From: Squalus acanthias
Lineage: Eukaryota
Direction of reading: 5' to 3'
Length of the DNA: 63,854 nucleotides
Assembly (NCBI GenBank): GCA_030390025.1
Contig: JASTWF010000048.1
Location: 147-64,000, forward strand
Below the pieces are notes generated by a model. The model had not been told where the DNA came from and ran no database searches. It was given only the letters and a program-made list of their open reading frames with translations. The number at the start of each line of letters is the position of its first letter. The stretch's first letter is position 1. Made by a program: the position numbers and the translations under genes. Of this stretch, positions 37,983 through 50,560 are shown one piece after another.

Positions 37983-38573
37983 ATGCATCTGTTACTGGGT
38001 CTTATTTTCTTCTTTCACTGTAAGAGATTTTATCAAACATTAATTCTTGTTAATAACCTACTTTTACGTCTTTCTTTCTTTCCTCCTTCCTTATTACTTT
38101 TTCTCCCATTGTGCAGACATTAATTCTTGTTAAAAACTTACTTTTACGTTTTAATTTCTTTTCCTCTTTCATTCTTTCTATCTTTCTTTCTTTCTTGCTT
38201 TCTTCCATTCTTTCTTTCTCTCCCATTGCCCCGGATGTCCCAATTTACTGACCTCCTCCTCTCCCTCTCTTTCCCAGGTGTGAACTCGCAGACTATCCGC
38301 CAGACTCCCGCCGCTGTCTCCAGATTTCCGGGGAATGGAGTGGTACTGAAGTGCACTCGGGAAAGCACCAGTGCTCAGTATATGTTCTGGTACAGACAAT
38401 ACTCGGGGAAGGAGCCTGAATTGATGTTTTACTCCCTAACTGCACAACGCGTGAATCCAGAGGGGACGGTGGACGGTTTTACCGCCGAGCGACCGACTGG
38501 CAACGAGTTCAACCTGAAGTCCTTCACCCTGCAGGCGAATCACTCGGCCGTATATTACTGCGCCTGTACTCTT
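37983..38573 (+). CDS. TRBV: TCR beta V segment, family A variant ending YYCACTL, intact (V12)
   Basis: Leader 37983-38019; V exon 38278-38573; RSS 38574-38612. Confidence 0.9.
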
Positions 38574-39659
38574 CACAGTGACTCAGAGAGATGGAGGAGC
38601 TGAACAAAAACCCCGAAGCCTGCAGGAAACACCTGTTTGAGTTTAAACCGCGCGGTGCTGTGTCATGTTGGGTTTATTTTGCAGAGCGAACTTGCTTTTG
38701 ACAAGAAGAGGAGTCGGTTTAGATTTAACGTGAGAGATTAAATATAGAGGCACTGGAGAAGTTGCAAATAAAGAATAACAAGCGTATTACCAGAACTGAG
38801 AGGTTATAACTATCACGAAATGCTGAAAAGGATGGGACTACTTCCTCTAGAAAAGAGAATGTGAAGAAGTGACCTGATAGAATTCTTTAAAATTATGAAG
38901 CGGTTTCAGAGTGTAGATGTAGTTATATTTATGACTCCAAGATTTGCTCTTCCATTTGTTTGGGAAACCAAAACTTGGGCCCATAATATAAGCGACTCAC
39001 TAATAAATCCAGTAGGGAATTCAGGAGAAATTTCTTTATTCATGGAGTGGGTACCACAGGGAGTGGTTGAGGCGAATAGCATAGATGCAGTTAAGGCGAA
39101 GCTGGATAGGTGCATGAGAGAGAAAGTAATAGAAGGTGATGCTGATAGAGTACAGCATCAACCCATACTGTGGTGAAGTGTTGAGCACATTCAGTTAGCA
39201 GAGGGCAAGGGTTTTAATAGGTCAAACCGGTTCCGACCACAACAAATAAAATTATCAAATTAAAATATGAAAGAAAGAAATATAGAATGACAGANNNNNN
39301 NNNNNNNNNNNNNNNNNNNNNNNNNNNNNNNNNNNNNNNNNNNNNNNNNNNNNNNNNNNNNNNNNNNNNNNNNNNNNNNNNNNNNNNNNNNNNNNNNNNN
39401 NNNNNNNNNNNNNNNNNNNNNNNNNNNNNNNNNNNNNNNNNNNNNNNNNNNTGGTTTTTATACACGTGCAATGTGCTTCATTTCTCCACAGGGACAATAG
39501 AGGGCGATCTAAGACCATGAAACCCACCAGTGCATGATTGAATCGGATCAGAAATGTAGATTCAGCCACCTCAAACCCCTCCACCGTTGAATCAGATCAT
39601 GGCTGATCTGTATCTTAGCTCAATTTACCCATGTTGATCAAAGAATTTAAGAAATAGTA

Positions 39660-40660
39660 ACTGAAGTAGGCCATATGGCGCTTCGAGCCCGCTCCGACAT
39701 TCAATAAGACCACGGCTGATCTTCTACCTTAACTCCATATCCCGCCCTATCCCCATATCCCTTGATTCACTTAGTATCCAAAAATCTGTTGCTCTCTGCC
39801 TTCATTATGCTGAACGACTGAGCATCCACAGCCCTCTGGGGTTATTGAATTCCAAAGATTCAGAGCCCTTTCAAATTTCTCTTGATCTCCGTCGCAAATG
39901 GTCGACCCCTTATTCTGAGACTGTGACCCCTGGTTCTCATTCCCCAGCCATGTGCAACAGCCTCTCAACATCTACACTGTAAAATCTCCTAAGATTTTTC
40001 GTCTTTCAATTAGATCACCTCTCATTTTTCTAAATTCTCGGAAATATAGGCCTAGTCCACTCAATCTCTCCTCATAGGGCAATCCCCGCATCCCAGGAAT
40101 CAATCTGGTGAGCCTTCGTTGCACTACCTCTGTTGCAAGTATATCCTTCCTTAGGTAAGGAGACGAAAACTGTACACAATACTCCAGGTGTGGTCTCACC
40201 AAGGCCCAATATAATTGGAGTACGACGTCTTCATTCTTATACCCCAATCATTTTGTAATAAAGGCTAACATACCATTTGCTTCCCTAATTGCTTGCTGTA
40301 CCTGCATGTTAACTTTCAGTGATTCGTGTACAAGGACACAGACGTCTCTCTGAATACGAACATTTCCCAGTCTCCCACCATTTGAAAATTATTCTGCTTT
40401 TCTATTTCTCCTACCAAAGTGGTTAAATCCACATTATATTCCATCTTCCACGATTTTGCCCACTTATTAAACCTGTCTATATCCCGTCGCAGCCACTTTG
40501 CGACCGCCTCACAATTTACTTTGCCACCTAGCCTTGTATCGTCAGCAAACTTGAATACATTAAACTGGGCCTCCTCATCTAAGTCATTGATTTAGATTGT
40601 AAATAGCTGAGGCCCAAGTACCCCACTAGTTACAGCCTGCCAGCCCGAAAATGACCCGTT
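39660..40660 (-). mobile_element. CR1 LINE 3' fragment
   Basis: LYWALVRPHLEYCVQF..VQRRLTRLIPG..YEERL. Confidence 0.88.
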
Positions 40661-41673
40661 TATGCCTGCTGTTGTTTCCATAATCCTTGATACCCTTACT
40701 TAACAAAAATCGGTCGATCTAAGTTTTGGAATCTCCAATTGACCTCTAGCCTCATCAGTGAACTGAGTGAGAGAATTCCAGATTTCCACTCCCCTTTGTG
40801 TAATAAGTGCTTCCAGATATGAAAGCTGAACGGCCTAGCTCTAATTTTAAGGTTATTTCCCTTTGTTCTCAACAGAGGGAATAGTTTCTCTCAATCTGCC
40901 CACTCGAATTATTTTAACATTCTGAAACACTTCAATAAGATCATCTCTTAATCTTCCATACTGAAGGGAATAAAGCAAAGTTTTTGCAACCTGTTCTCAT
41001 AATTTAAGCTTTTTTGCTCTCTTATCATTCGGGTGAATATGCGGACACCCACTTCAAGGCAAATATATCCTTCCAGATATACATTGCCCAGAATTCCAGA
41101 GATGCACGAAGTTCTCCAGACAGAGTCTGACCAGAGTGTTATACAACTGAAAGATAACTTCCTCCCGCTTTGAGATAAAAGCCAGCCAACCATTAGGTTT
41201 GCACTTTTTTTAGCTGATCGCCATTTGAACAATATTCCGATCTATCATTCTTAGGTGCACAGGGGATGATCTCACGGTTGCCCACATTAAACTCCATCTG
41301 TCAGTGTCACTGCTTTGCTCATTCACGTAATCTTTCTCTGCCACTTTGCAACTTCCAGCTCCCAGCTGCTCGACTCACTGCCTCTCAGAGAGGGCGGGGC
41401 GGAGCTGTCAATCAGAGAGGGAGGGGCGGAGCTGTCATTCAGAGAGGGAGGGGCGGGGCTCTCCGTCAGAGAGGGGGCGGGGCTGTCAAATAGAGAGGGA
41501 GTGGCGGGGCTGTCAGTCATAGAGGGAGGGGCGGGGCTTTCCAAACCTGCACCACTTGCTTTTGCTCTTCATGTTTTGTTCAATGATTTCCGAAGAGCGG
41601 ATTGGATCCTCACAACACACAACGAACCTGTTCTCGCTCCTTTACTTATTGACGGGACAGCTTAAAATAAAAA

Positions 41674-41710
41674 ATGTATCTGTTACTGGGTCTGATGATC
41701 TTGTTTCACC
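41674..41710 (+). pseudogene. Orphan family A leader exon (promoter kept, V exon lost)
   Basis: MYLLLGLMILFH + GTAAG and start of the CT-rich intron, then retroposon-tail sequence at ~41845 instead of a V exon. Confidence 0.8.
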
Positions 41711-42673
41711 GTAAGGTACTTTGAAAAGAAACAATTATTGTTAATAAACTTCCTTTACTCTTTCTTTCTTTCTTTCTTTTCTCTTTCTCTCTTTCTTTCT
41801 TCTTTCCTCCTTCCCTTCTTTATTTTTCTCCCCTTCCTAGAATCAGAATCTGAAAGCACTGAAGGAGGCCATTCGGCCCATCGGGTCTGACCCGGCTCTT
41901 TTGAAGACCTATCCAATTTGACCCCCCGGGCTTCGTCCTACCCCTCTTCAATACTCTCATTAGCATATCCATCTATTCCTTTCTCTCTCATGTACATATC
42001 TAGTTTCCCCTTAAATGCAACTATGCTAATTGGCTCAACCACTCCAAGTGGTAGCAAGTTCCACATTGTCACCACACTTTGAGTAAAGAAGTTTCTCCTG
42101 AATTCCCTATTGGATTGATTAGATTATATCTCATAACGCCCCTAGTTTTGGACCCTCTTATCTATTTAGTCCCACTCCCCTGCTCTGTCCCCATAGCTCT
42201 GTTTTTTTTCCTTATCGAATTTATATCCAATTCACTTTTGAAAGTTATTATTAAATCTGCTTCCACCGCTATTTCAGGCAATGCATTCCAGATCAGGACA
42301 AATATTTTTAATAAAATTTATGTCCCCTCATCTCCCCGCTTGTTCTACTGCCAATTATCTTAAATCTGTGCCCACTGGTTAAAGTCCGTCCTGCCAGTGT
42401 ATATAGTTTCTCCCTGTCAACTCTGTCAAAACTATTCGTAATTTTGAACACCTCTATTCGTTCTCTCCTTAATCTTCTGTGCTGTACGATTCTATGACGT
42501 TGCTGAACTACCGAAGGAATGGGATGGAGCGTGGGTTAGGCAGGAAGTGACGTATGAGTGACAATTACAACCGGATGCTTCGTATTTAATCAGATTGAAC
42601 ATACAAACTGGCTTTAAAAGTGGTATTGAGCTAAACCCGATCACACAGCGAGCCAGTGTCGAATAAATAAATC

Positions 42674-43594
42674 ATGTTTCATGGAGCTTGTTATCTAACG
42701 TTGATGGTGGCACTGATCCCACGTAAGTCAAAGTAACAAACTTATGCAGGGATCTTTGTAGAATAATGTATTATAATGTCAGCTCTTGTTCAGCTGGTAG
42801 AAACCTTGCCTCGGAATCAGAGGTTTTGGGATCGAGTCTTACTCCTGAGACTTGAGCACAAAATCTATGCTGGCACTCCCGAGACCAGCGCTGAGGGAGT
42901 GCTACACTTTTGGAGGTGCATCTTACAGATAAGGCGTAAAACTGAGCTGCCCTCTCAGGTGGAAGTAAATGATCCCAGGGCACTATTGGAAGAACAGCAA
43001 TGAAGTTGTCGCCGGTGTCCTGGGCCAACATTAATCCCACCACAATCAACAAAAAAACAGATGTACTGGTCATTTATTTCAAGGCAGTATTTGGGAGCTT
43101 GCTGTGCTCAAATTGGTTGTCTCCTTTCCTACATTACAACAATGACTACACTTTAATCTGTACTTCATTTGTTGTAAAGAGTTTTGTGAGTTTCTGAAAT
43201 CGGGAATGCTCTTTATGAATGGAAGATCTTTTTCTCTGTAGTCCGCGCTCAAATAAATTATTGACAAAAATAAGAAACTAATCGATGTTACTTTCGACAG
43301 AAATACTCTCCTCGTACGTGGAGCAGTCGCCTTCTATCCTTTCGATTGGAACAGGAGAGTCCACCACGCTCAGATGCACGCTGAAGAATACTGGCTATAC
43401 CTTTATGTACTGGTACAGACAACAACCCGACCGGGCATTAGAAGCTCTTTTCTATTCTGCAGGAGCAGGAGCTGTTACGAAACACACGACCGAGTCTTTT
43501 AAGGCAGAAAGAAGCAGCACTACGCTGTTTACTTTGGAACTGAGCGCCGCCTCTCCGTCTCACACCGCTGTCTATTACTGTGCTTGTAGTATCG
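42674..43594 (+). CDS. TRBV: TCR beta V segment, family C (ends YYCACSI), intact (V13)
   Basis: Leader 42674-42722 (MFHGACYLTLMVALIP, GTAAGT); V exon 43301-43594; RSS CACAGCG(43595)-23-ACAAAAACC(43625-43633). Confidence 0.9.
42775..43240 (+). mobile_element. Deu-domain SINE (SacSINE1/AmnSINE1-like) in family C leader intron; paralogue ~52360-52820
   Basis: CTGAGGGAGTGCTGCAC..GCCCTCTCAGGTGGACGTA..GATCCC..GCACTATT, recalled Deu-domain core. Confidence 0.65.
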
Positions 43595-43668
43595 CACAGC
43601 GTTTGAGAAAGCGGCTCCCCAGCTACAAAAACCTGCAGCGGATGAATGGCAGTTCAGTGCTCATTTTT

Positions 43669-43688
43669 CGCCACCAGGTGGCAGCACT
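43669..43688 (+). promoter_or_regulatory. CTCF motif ~35 bp 3' of the V13 RSS
   Basis: CGCCACCAGGTGGCAGCACT, near-consensus CTCF core; degenerate paralogue ~53238. Confidence 0.8.
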
Positions 43689-43910
43689 AGCTATTAGTTC
43701 AGTACTTGATTTCTCCTTCACTCCTGCCACTCCTGTCCTCTGTACTTCGCTACCCAATTATCTCCCCCCCCTCGCATCCCTTATTCCCTCCTCTCCCCTC
43801 CCCTTATTAAATGACTTGGGACAAGATATTGAGGCGGCGACCTCTGACGTCATCCTTCAAAAAGTAACCAATGTGTGCATTTGTGGAAGAATCAGAAGGA
43901 ATGGATGGGG

Positions 43911-43983
43911 ATGGAAGTGTGGGGCTGTTTGACCGCGTATCTCTCACTCCTGCTCCACTCTCTGAGTCTGGAGACCAGTTCTG
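43911..43983 (+). pseudogene. Orphan family B leader exon
   Basis: Open leader with GTCAGC donor and upstream TGACGTCA; GA-rich intron runs into a family A promoter with no family B V exon. Confidence 0.78.
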
Positions 43984-44662
43984 GTCAGCACACGGTTACC
44001 TTTCAATGCAGTTCGCTTTAAAATAGAGAGAAAGCGAGAGAGAGAGAGTTAATTCGTGAGGAAGTGAAAGACACAAATGCAATGAGAGAGAGAGACAGAG
44101 ACTGAGAGAGAGGAAAACGAGAGACAAAAAGAGAGAGAGAAAGCGAGTGAACGAGAGACAGAGAGAAACCGAAAGATGAAAGAGAGGAACGAGAGACAGG
44201 GAGAGAGAAAACGAGTGAAAGAGAAACACAGAGACAGAGAGAGGAAAGAGAGAGACAGAGTGACAGAGGGAGGAAAGACAGAGATCGAGAGAGAGAGAAA
44301 GCGAGTGAAAGAGAGACAGAGAGAAAGACAGCACAGAGCGAGAGAGAGAAATACAGAGACAAGAGGGAGACACAAAATACATAGACATAAAGCAAGAGAG
44401 ACAGAAACATACAAAGCCAGACAGGGAGCCTTGCAGAGAGAGAGAGAGTCGGACGAACAGTGAGAGACAAGTGAAGACATTGGCAAACACGTCGATTCCG
44501 TTTATTTGAACTGGAGAAAGGGGGTGTATCCGTCCTTCAATTGCTTCCTTATGCTCTTCATGTTTTTCTCAATGATTTGAAAAGAGCGCTTTGTCTCCTC
44601 GCAACACTCATAGTTCCTGCTCTCGCTCCTTCCATCATTAGAAGTAAATATTAAAATAAAAG

Positions 44663-44990
44663 ATGTATCTGTTACTGTGTCTGCTGAACGTGTTCCAACT
44701 GAAGAGAGATTTTCAAACAATGATTATTGCTAACAACCTCCATTTACTTTCTTTCTTTCTTTCTATCTCTCTTTCTTTCTTTCTCTCTTGCTCCCTTTCC
44801 CCATTGCCCGAATGCCCATGTTTACTGACCTCCTCCTCTCCCCGTCTCTTTCCTGGATGTGAGCTCACATAGTAACCGCCAGACTCCTGCCGCTGCCTCC
44901 AAATTACCTCGGGAGCGTGTGGACCTGAAATGCGCTGTGAAGTCTGTCAGTAACCATAACATGCTCTGGCACAGACAATACCCGGGGAAG
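44663..44990 (+). pseudogene. TRBV: TRBV family A pseudogene, truncated in FR2 (V14)
   Basis: Leader donor lost, acceptor mutated, stop codons; ends at 'QYPGK' fused to CR1-derived sequence. Confidence 0.85.
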
Positions 44991-47077
44991 GCTGCTTTCT
45001 CGAGAAAAGAGAACACTGAGGGGTGAGCTGACAACCAAAATTATGAAAGAAGTTCGATAGGATAGATGTAGGGAACATGCTTCCACTTCCGGGGAAGACC
45101 AAAGCTCAGGGTCATAAATATAAGATAGTCACTAATAAGTCCAAATAGGGAATTCAGGAGAAAACTGTTTACCCAGAGAATGGCGAGAATGTTGAACTCG
45201 CGACCACAGGGAGTAGTTGAGTCGATTAGCATAGGTGCAGTTAAGGGGACGCTGGATAAGCATATGGGGGACAAAGGAACAGAAGGCCATGCTCATCGGG
45301 CACAACATCAACACATCCTGTGCTGAAATGTTGATCACATTCAGTCATCCGAGGTCATTAGCTTTCAGTGGTAGGTGTAGTTGGTTCTGAGCAAAACAAA
45401 TGAAAATAATCAATGCAAAAAGAAAGAAAGGAATGAAGAAAAGAAAGAAGGAAATAAAGATATAAGTAAAGCAGGATAGAAGGATATAATGATAGAGAAA
45501 GAAAAAGAAAAGGATAGAGAAAGAAAGAACGAAAGAAAGAAAGGAAGAAAGAAAGAAGGAAAGAAAGAAAGACGGAATGAAAGAGAGAATGAAAGGTTTA
45601 GAGAATAAAGAAAGACAGAAAGAAAGAGAGACAAAGAGAGAAGGAANNNNNNNNNNNNNNNNNNNNNNNNNNNNNNNNNNNNNNNNNNNNNNNNNNNNNN
45701 NNNNNNNNNNNNNNNNNNNNNNNNNNNNNNNNNNNNNNNNNNNNNNNNNNNNNNNNNNNNNNNNNNNNNNNNNNNNNNNNNNNNNNNNNNNNNNNNNNNN
45801 NNGGTGGGTTTTTGTCGACTGACGCTGTGGTTCTCCACAATGACAGCAGAGGGCGCTCTAGGACTATGAAAGACATCAGTGCCTGGAACATGGTTTAATA
45901 GGAACACAGGAACAGGAGGAGGACATTCAGCTCTTCAAGCTTGCTTCGCCATTCAATTAGATCATAGCTGGATCTTATCTTCAATCCATCGACCCGCTTT
46001 TGCTCCCTTTCTCTTGATCTGCTTACCCAAGAAAACATCTATCAATCTCGATCAGCAGATCTCCAATTGGCCGCTGGCACGCACATCGTTTTCGGGCAGA
46101 GAGTTGAAGATTCTCACTGCCCTTTGTGTGAAGAAGTGCTTCCTGCCCTCACGCCTGAAACGCTGAGCTCTCACTGTAAAGTTATGCCTCATTGTTCTGG
46201 ACTCCGCCACCAGTGGACATACTTTCATTCTATCTACGCAATCAACTCCTTTTAACAATAAAAGACTAAATCAGTTCACCCCTCAATCTTCTATACTCAA
46301 GGGCATACAAGCCCAGTCTATACAACCTGCCTTCATAATTTAACCCTCTAAGCATTCTGGTGAATCTGTCTTGCACTCCCTCCAAGGACAAAACGTCCTT
46401 CCTGAGGTGTGTTACCCAGAACTGAACCTATTTTGCCAGATGGAGTCTGACCGGGGCTCTGCCCAACTGAAGCATAACTTCCTCCCTTTTGTATTCCAGC
46501 CTCTTTGACATAAAGGCCAACATTGCATTAATCTCTTTGATTCATTTTTGCACCTCTATCCTTGCTTTTAGTGATTTGTGTACCTGGCCAACTTAATTTA
46601 TTTGTTCGACAGTTTCCAGCTTCTCATCAGTTAGAAAACATTATGATGTTTATTCCTCAGGCCCCCAGTGGATGAGCTCATACTTGCCCACGTCCCACGT
46701 TAAACTCTACCTGCCGCTGTTTTTTTCTCATTCACGTAAGTTGTTTAGGTCAACTTTGCAACTTCCTGCTCCCGTTTGCTCCACTTACTGCCAAACAGAG
46801 AGGGAGGGGCTGGACGGTCAATCAGTGTCGGGGGCGGAACTGTGTTTCACGGAGTGAGGGCGAGTCTGTCAATCAGCGTGGGAGGGGCGTGGCTGTCAAC
46901 CAGCCTGGGAGTGGAGGAGCGGTGTTGTCAGTCAGAGAGGGGCGGGGGGCCTGAATCACTTCCTTATGCTCGTCATGGTTTCCGGAATGACTTGAAAAGA
47001 GCGTGTTGGGTCCTCACAAGACTCAACGCTCTTGTTTTCGCTGGTTTGATTTCTAAAAGTAAATCTTGAAGTTAAAG

Positions 47078-47582
47078 ATGTATCTGTTACTGAGTTTCAT
47101 AATTGTATTTCAATGTAAGTGATTTTTTCACACAATAATCTTTGTTAATATCCATTCTTTACTATTTCTTTCTTTCCTTCGTTGTTACCTTCATTCTCTC
47201 TTTCTCTCGTTCTTTACTTCTTTCTTTCCCCACAACCCAGAATGCCCCTGGTTACTTATCTCCTCCTCTCCCTGTCTCTTTCTCAGACGCGAACTCGCAC
47301 ACTATCCGCCAGATTCCCGCCGCTGTCTCCAACTTTGCTGGGGAGGGACTCGAAATAAAGTGCAACGTCGAGGGTGCCAGTAGCAGTTACATGTACTGGT
47401 ACAGAAAGGACCCGGGGAAGGGGCCGCAGTCCATGTTTATCTCCGCGGGTACCAATGTTGTGAATCCAGAGGGGATGGTGGACGGTTTCACCGCCGAGCG
47501 ACCGAAAGACAAAGAGTGCAACCTGAAGTCCTCCAGCCTGCGGGCGAATCACTCGGCCGTGTATTACTGCGCCTGGAGTCTT
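47078..47582 (+). CDS. TRBV: TCR beta V segment, family A, open (V15)
   Basis: Leader 47078-47114; V exon 47287-47582 (extra Cys in FR3, KECNLK); RSS 47583-47621. Confidence 0.88.
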
Positions 47583-49452
47583 CACAGTGACTCAGAGAGA
47601 TGGAGGAGCTGAACAAAAACTCCCAAAGGCGGCAGGAAACACCTGTTCGAGATAAAACTGCTCTGCGCTGAGTCCTGTGAGGTTTAATTTATGCAGAGCG
47701 AACATGTTTTTGACAAGATCAAGTAGCGGGTTCCAATAAAAGTGAGAAAAAGAGAAAAAAGGCACTGAGTAAATTGTAATGAAAGATTACGTTACATGGA
47801 GTGAAGAGCGATAGAACGAAAGGAAGATAGAAAGAAAGAATGATACAAAGATGGAAACAAGGCAGAAACGAAAGGATGATAGAAAAAAAGAAAGACAGAC
47901 AGAATGTAAGAAAGATGAAAGAAAGAAGAAAGACAGAAAGGAAGGAAGGAAGAAAGAAGAAAAACAAAACATTTAAGAAACAATGACAGAATGATCGAAA
48001 GAAGCAAAGGATGTAAATAGACTGTCGGGATTTTACACACTGACAGTGTGTTGTCTTTCTCCACGGAGACTGAAGATGGCGCTCTAGTAACATGAACTGC
48101 ACGGTTGCTTGTAATACGGTTTAATGTGGAATAGAAGAGAGGTCATTTAGTCCCGCTCATGCTGTTTCATAGGAACAGGACAAGTCCTTTAGCCCCTTTA
48201 GGACCGTGTACACAGGCACAGGAGTAGACCCATTCAGCCACACGAGCCTGTTACACAGGATCAGGAGGAGGCCATTCAGCCCCTCGAGACTGCAATGCCA
48301 GCCAGTGAGATCATGGTTGATGTGTATCTTCATTCTATCTAACCGCATTTGCTCCATGAACCTCGATACACTTACCCAACAAATATCTATCAATCACAGT
48401 CTTGAAAGCTCCAATTGACCCTCAGCCTTAAAAGATTCTGGGAGGAGAGCTTTCCACATTTCCACTACCATTCTGTGAAGAGGTGATTTTTGACACAATG
48501 CCTGAACGACGTAACTCTACGATTAAGGTTGTTCCACTTAGTTCTGGACTCCCCCACAGGAGGAAATAGTTTGTCTCCATCTACCCTATCAACTTATTTT
48601 AACATTTACAAAACGCAATCAGTTCAGCACTGAATGTTCTATACTCAAAGTAATATAGGCCAGGTTTTGCAATCCTTCCTCATAATTTAATCCTCTTAGT
48701 CCCGGCTATCAGCCTGGTGAATCTGCGCTGCATCCCATTAGAACATAATATGTCCTTCCTGAGGTGCGGTACCCAGAATTGAACTCAGTATTCTAGATTG
48801 GATCTGACCAAGTCTCTATACGAAAGAAGAATAAATTCCGGCCCTTTATATTCCAGACCCCTTGAGAGAAAGGACAACATCCCTTTAGCCTTTTTGATTC
48901 CTTTTTTCCCTTTCTACCGGCATTTAGTGATTTGTTTACCTTGGCAGTTAAATCCCCTTGCTCCTCCGAAATTCCTAGCTTAACACGATTTAGAAAATAC
49001 TCTGATCTATCTTTCTTAGATCCCGAGTGGATGACCTCGAACTTGCCCAATTCTTCCACTGTTCCTTCTTCCACTATTTTGCCCGCTCACTTAATCTCTC
49101 TGTCCCCATTCCAACTCCCGGTTCCCAGCTGATCTACTTACTGCCAATCAGAGACTGAGGGGCCGGGCTGTTCATTGGAGACAGTGGGGAGGGGCCTTCA
49201 ATCAGAGAAATATGACGGGGGAATTAAATATGGAGGGCGGACGGGGCTATCAATCATCGAGTGAGGGGCGGGGCTGCCAGTCATGGAGGGAGGGGCGGGG
49301 CATTGTATGTTCAATGTTATCTTATGAGTGATAGAGAACGTTGCCGTTTACACGCGCCAGTTCGGACCTTGCACACAACAGTTTCATTGCTCCAGTCTCT
49401 GGACAGCTTGTTGGTCGAGGGGCTCCCGATCTCAAACCCTCTGTCTCGGACA

Positions 49453-50560
49453 ATGCGGACTTGCCTCCTGTCCTGTACGTTGCCGCTGTTCCTATTGGCG
49501 GGTAAGTAAAGCGAGAGCTCGGTGTCAGATGGAGGGCTTTAGCTTTTGAAGCAGGAATGTATTCATGAGCTTGCAAAACAAGTTGTAATTTGCAACAAAA
49601 AGAGAAAGAATGAATGGATGGATCAGATAAAAAGATGGATAGAAAGATAGAAAGAAAGAAAAAAGAAAGACAGAAAGAAAATAGCTAAAACGAAAGAAAG
49701 AACAAAGGAAAGGAAGAGAACAGGGTTGTTGGAGCAAGTAGACTATATCTGTTTTGTGACACTTAAAGGTGATAAATTGTGTGAAATAATGGCAGGATGG
49801 ACATTTCGTTAACAGGGATTCTTCTATAATAGTTGAACCAGTGAGTGACCTTTCCAAGCCAATCCATATTACAAGGAGAGCTCCACTAAACCTATTGGCT
49901 CCTGTCTAATTACAAGGGCCTGCGGCTTTTGACTATTAATCTTGTTTTGCCAAATCGACTAAAACCAGAATGTCGCGCGGCAGAGCCGGTAGAATGTGTC
50001 TGTTAAGGAGCATAGGAATAGGGGGGTGATAGGGTAGACAGAGGAAATCATTTCTCCCTATCTAGCCTATACAATCATTTGGTCAGCTCAATTAGGTTCA
50101 TGTGAAAATAGAGGAAATACATCGACTGAAATGAAAAGAAAGTGTGTGAGGGGAAGGGGAGAATCTGTCTCAGTACAGTAAATAATTAAACATGTTATTG
50201 TGTCTTATTTCTGGGGAAATAACTGTCTCTCTTTGCTGTTCATTCCTATTTGCCTTCCAGGTGTTGGCGGGTCTCAGAAGATAGTACAGTCCCGGGAGTA
50301 TGTGTCGGTGAGAGAGGGCGAGTCTGTGACTATCCCGTGTACCCAACGCGGCAGTGATGCTTATATGTACTGGTACCGTCAGGTCCCGGGCCTAGGACTC
50401 CAGGACCTCTTGTATGCGGTAAATGAAGGTGACTCGACCAGGTCGGAGGGGATCACGGAGAGATTTTGGGCCAAGAAAACTGCAGATAACTCCTTCGAAC
50501 TGAAGATATCGATGGTGCGGCCGAACGACACGGCGCAGTATTTCTGCGCCTGCGGTGATG
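49453..50560 (+). CDS. TRBV: TCR V segment, family D (ends YFCACGD), intact (V16)
   Basis: Leader 49453-49501 (MRTCLLSCTLPLFLLA, GTAAGT); V exon 50261-50560; RSS CACAGTA(50561)-23-ACAAAAACC(50591-50599). Confidence 0.87.

Noticed and set aside
43996-44490. Hydrophobic Leu/Ser/Phe-rich ORFs (also 4284-4759, 30002-30788, 53520-54094)
   Set aside because: Translations of GA/GAAA microsatellite tracts
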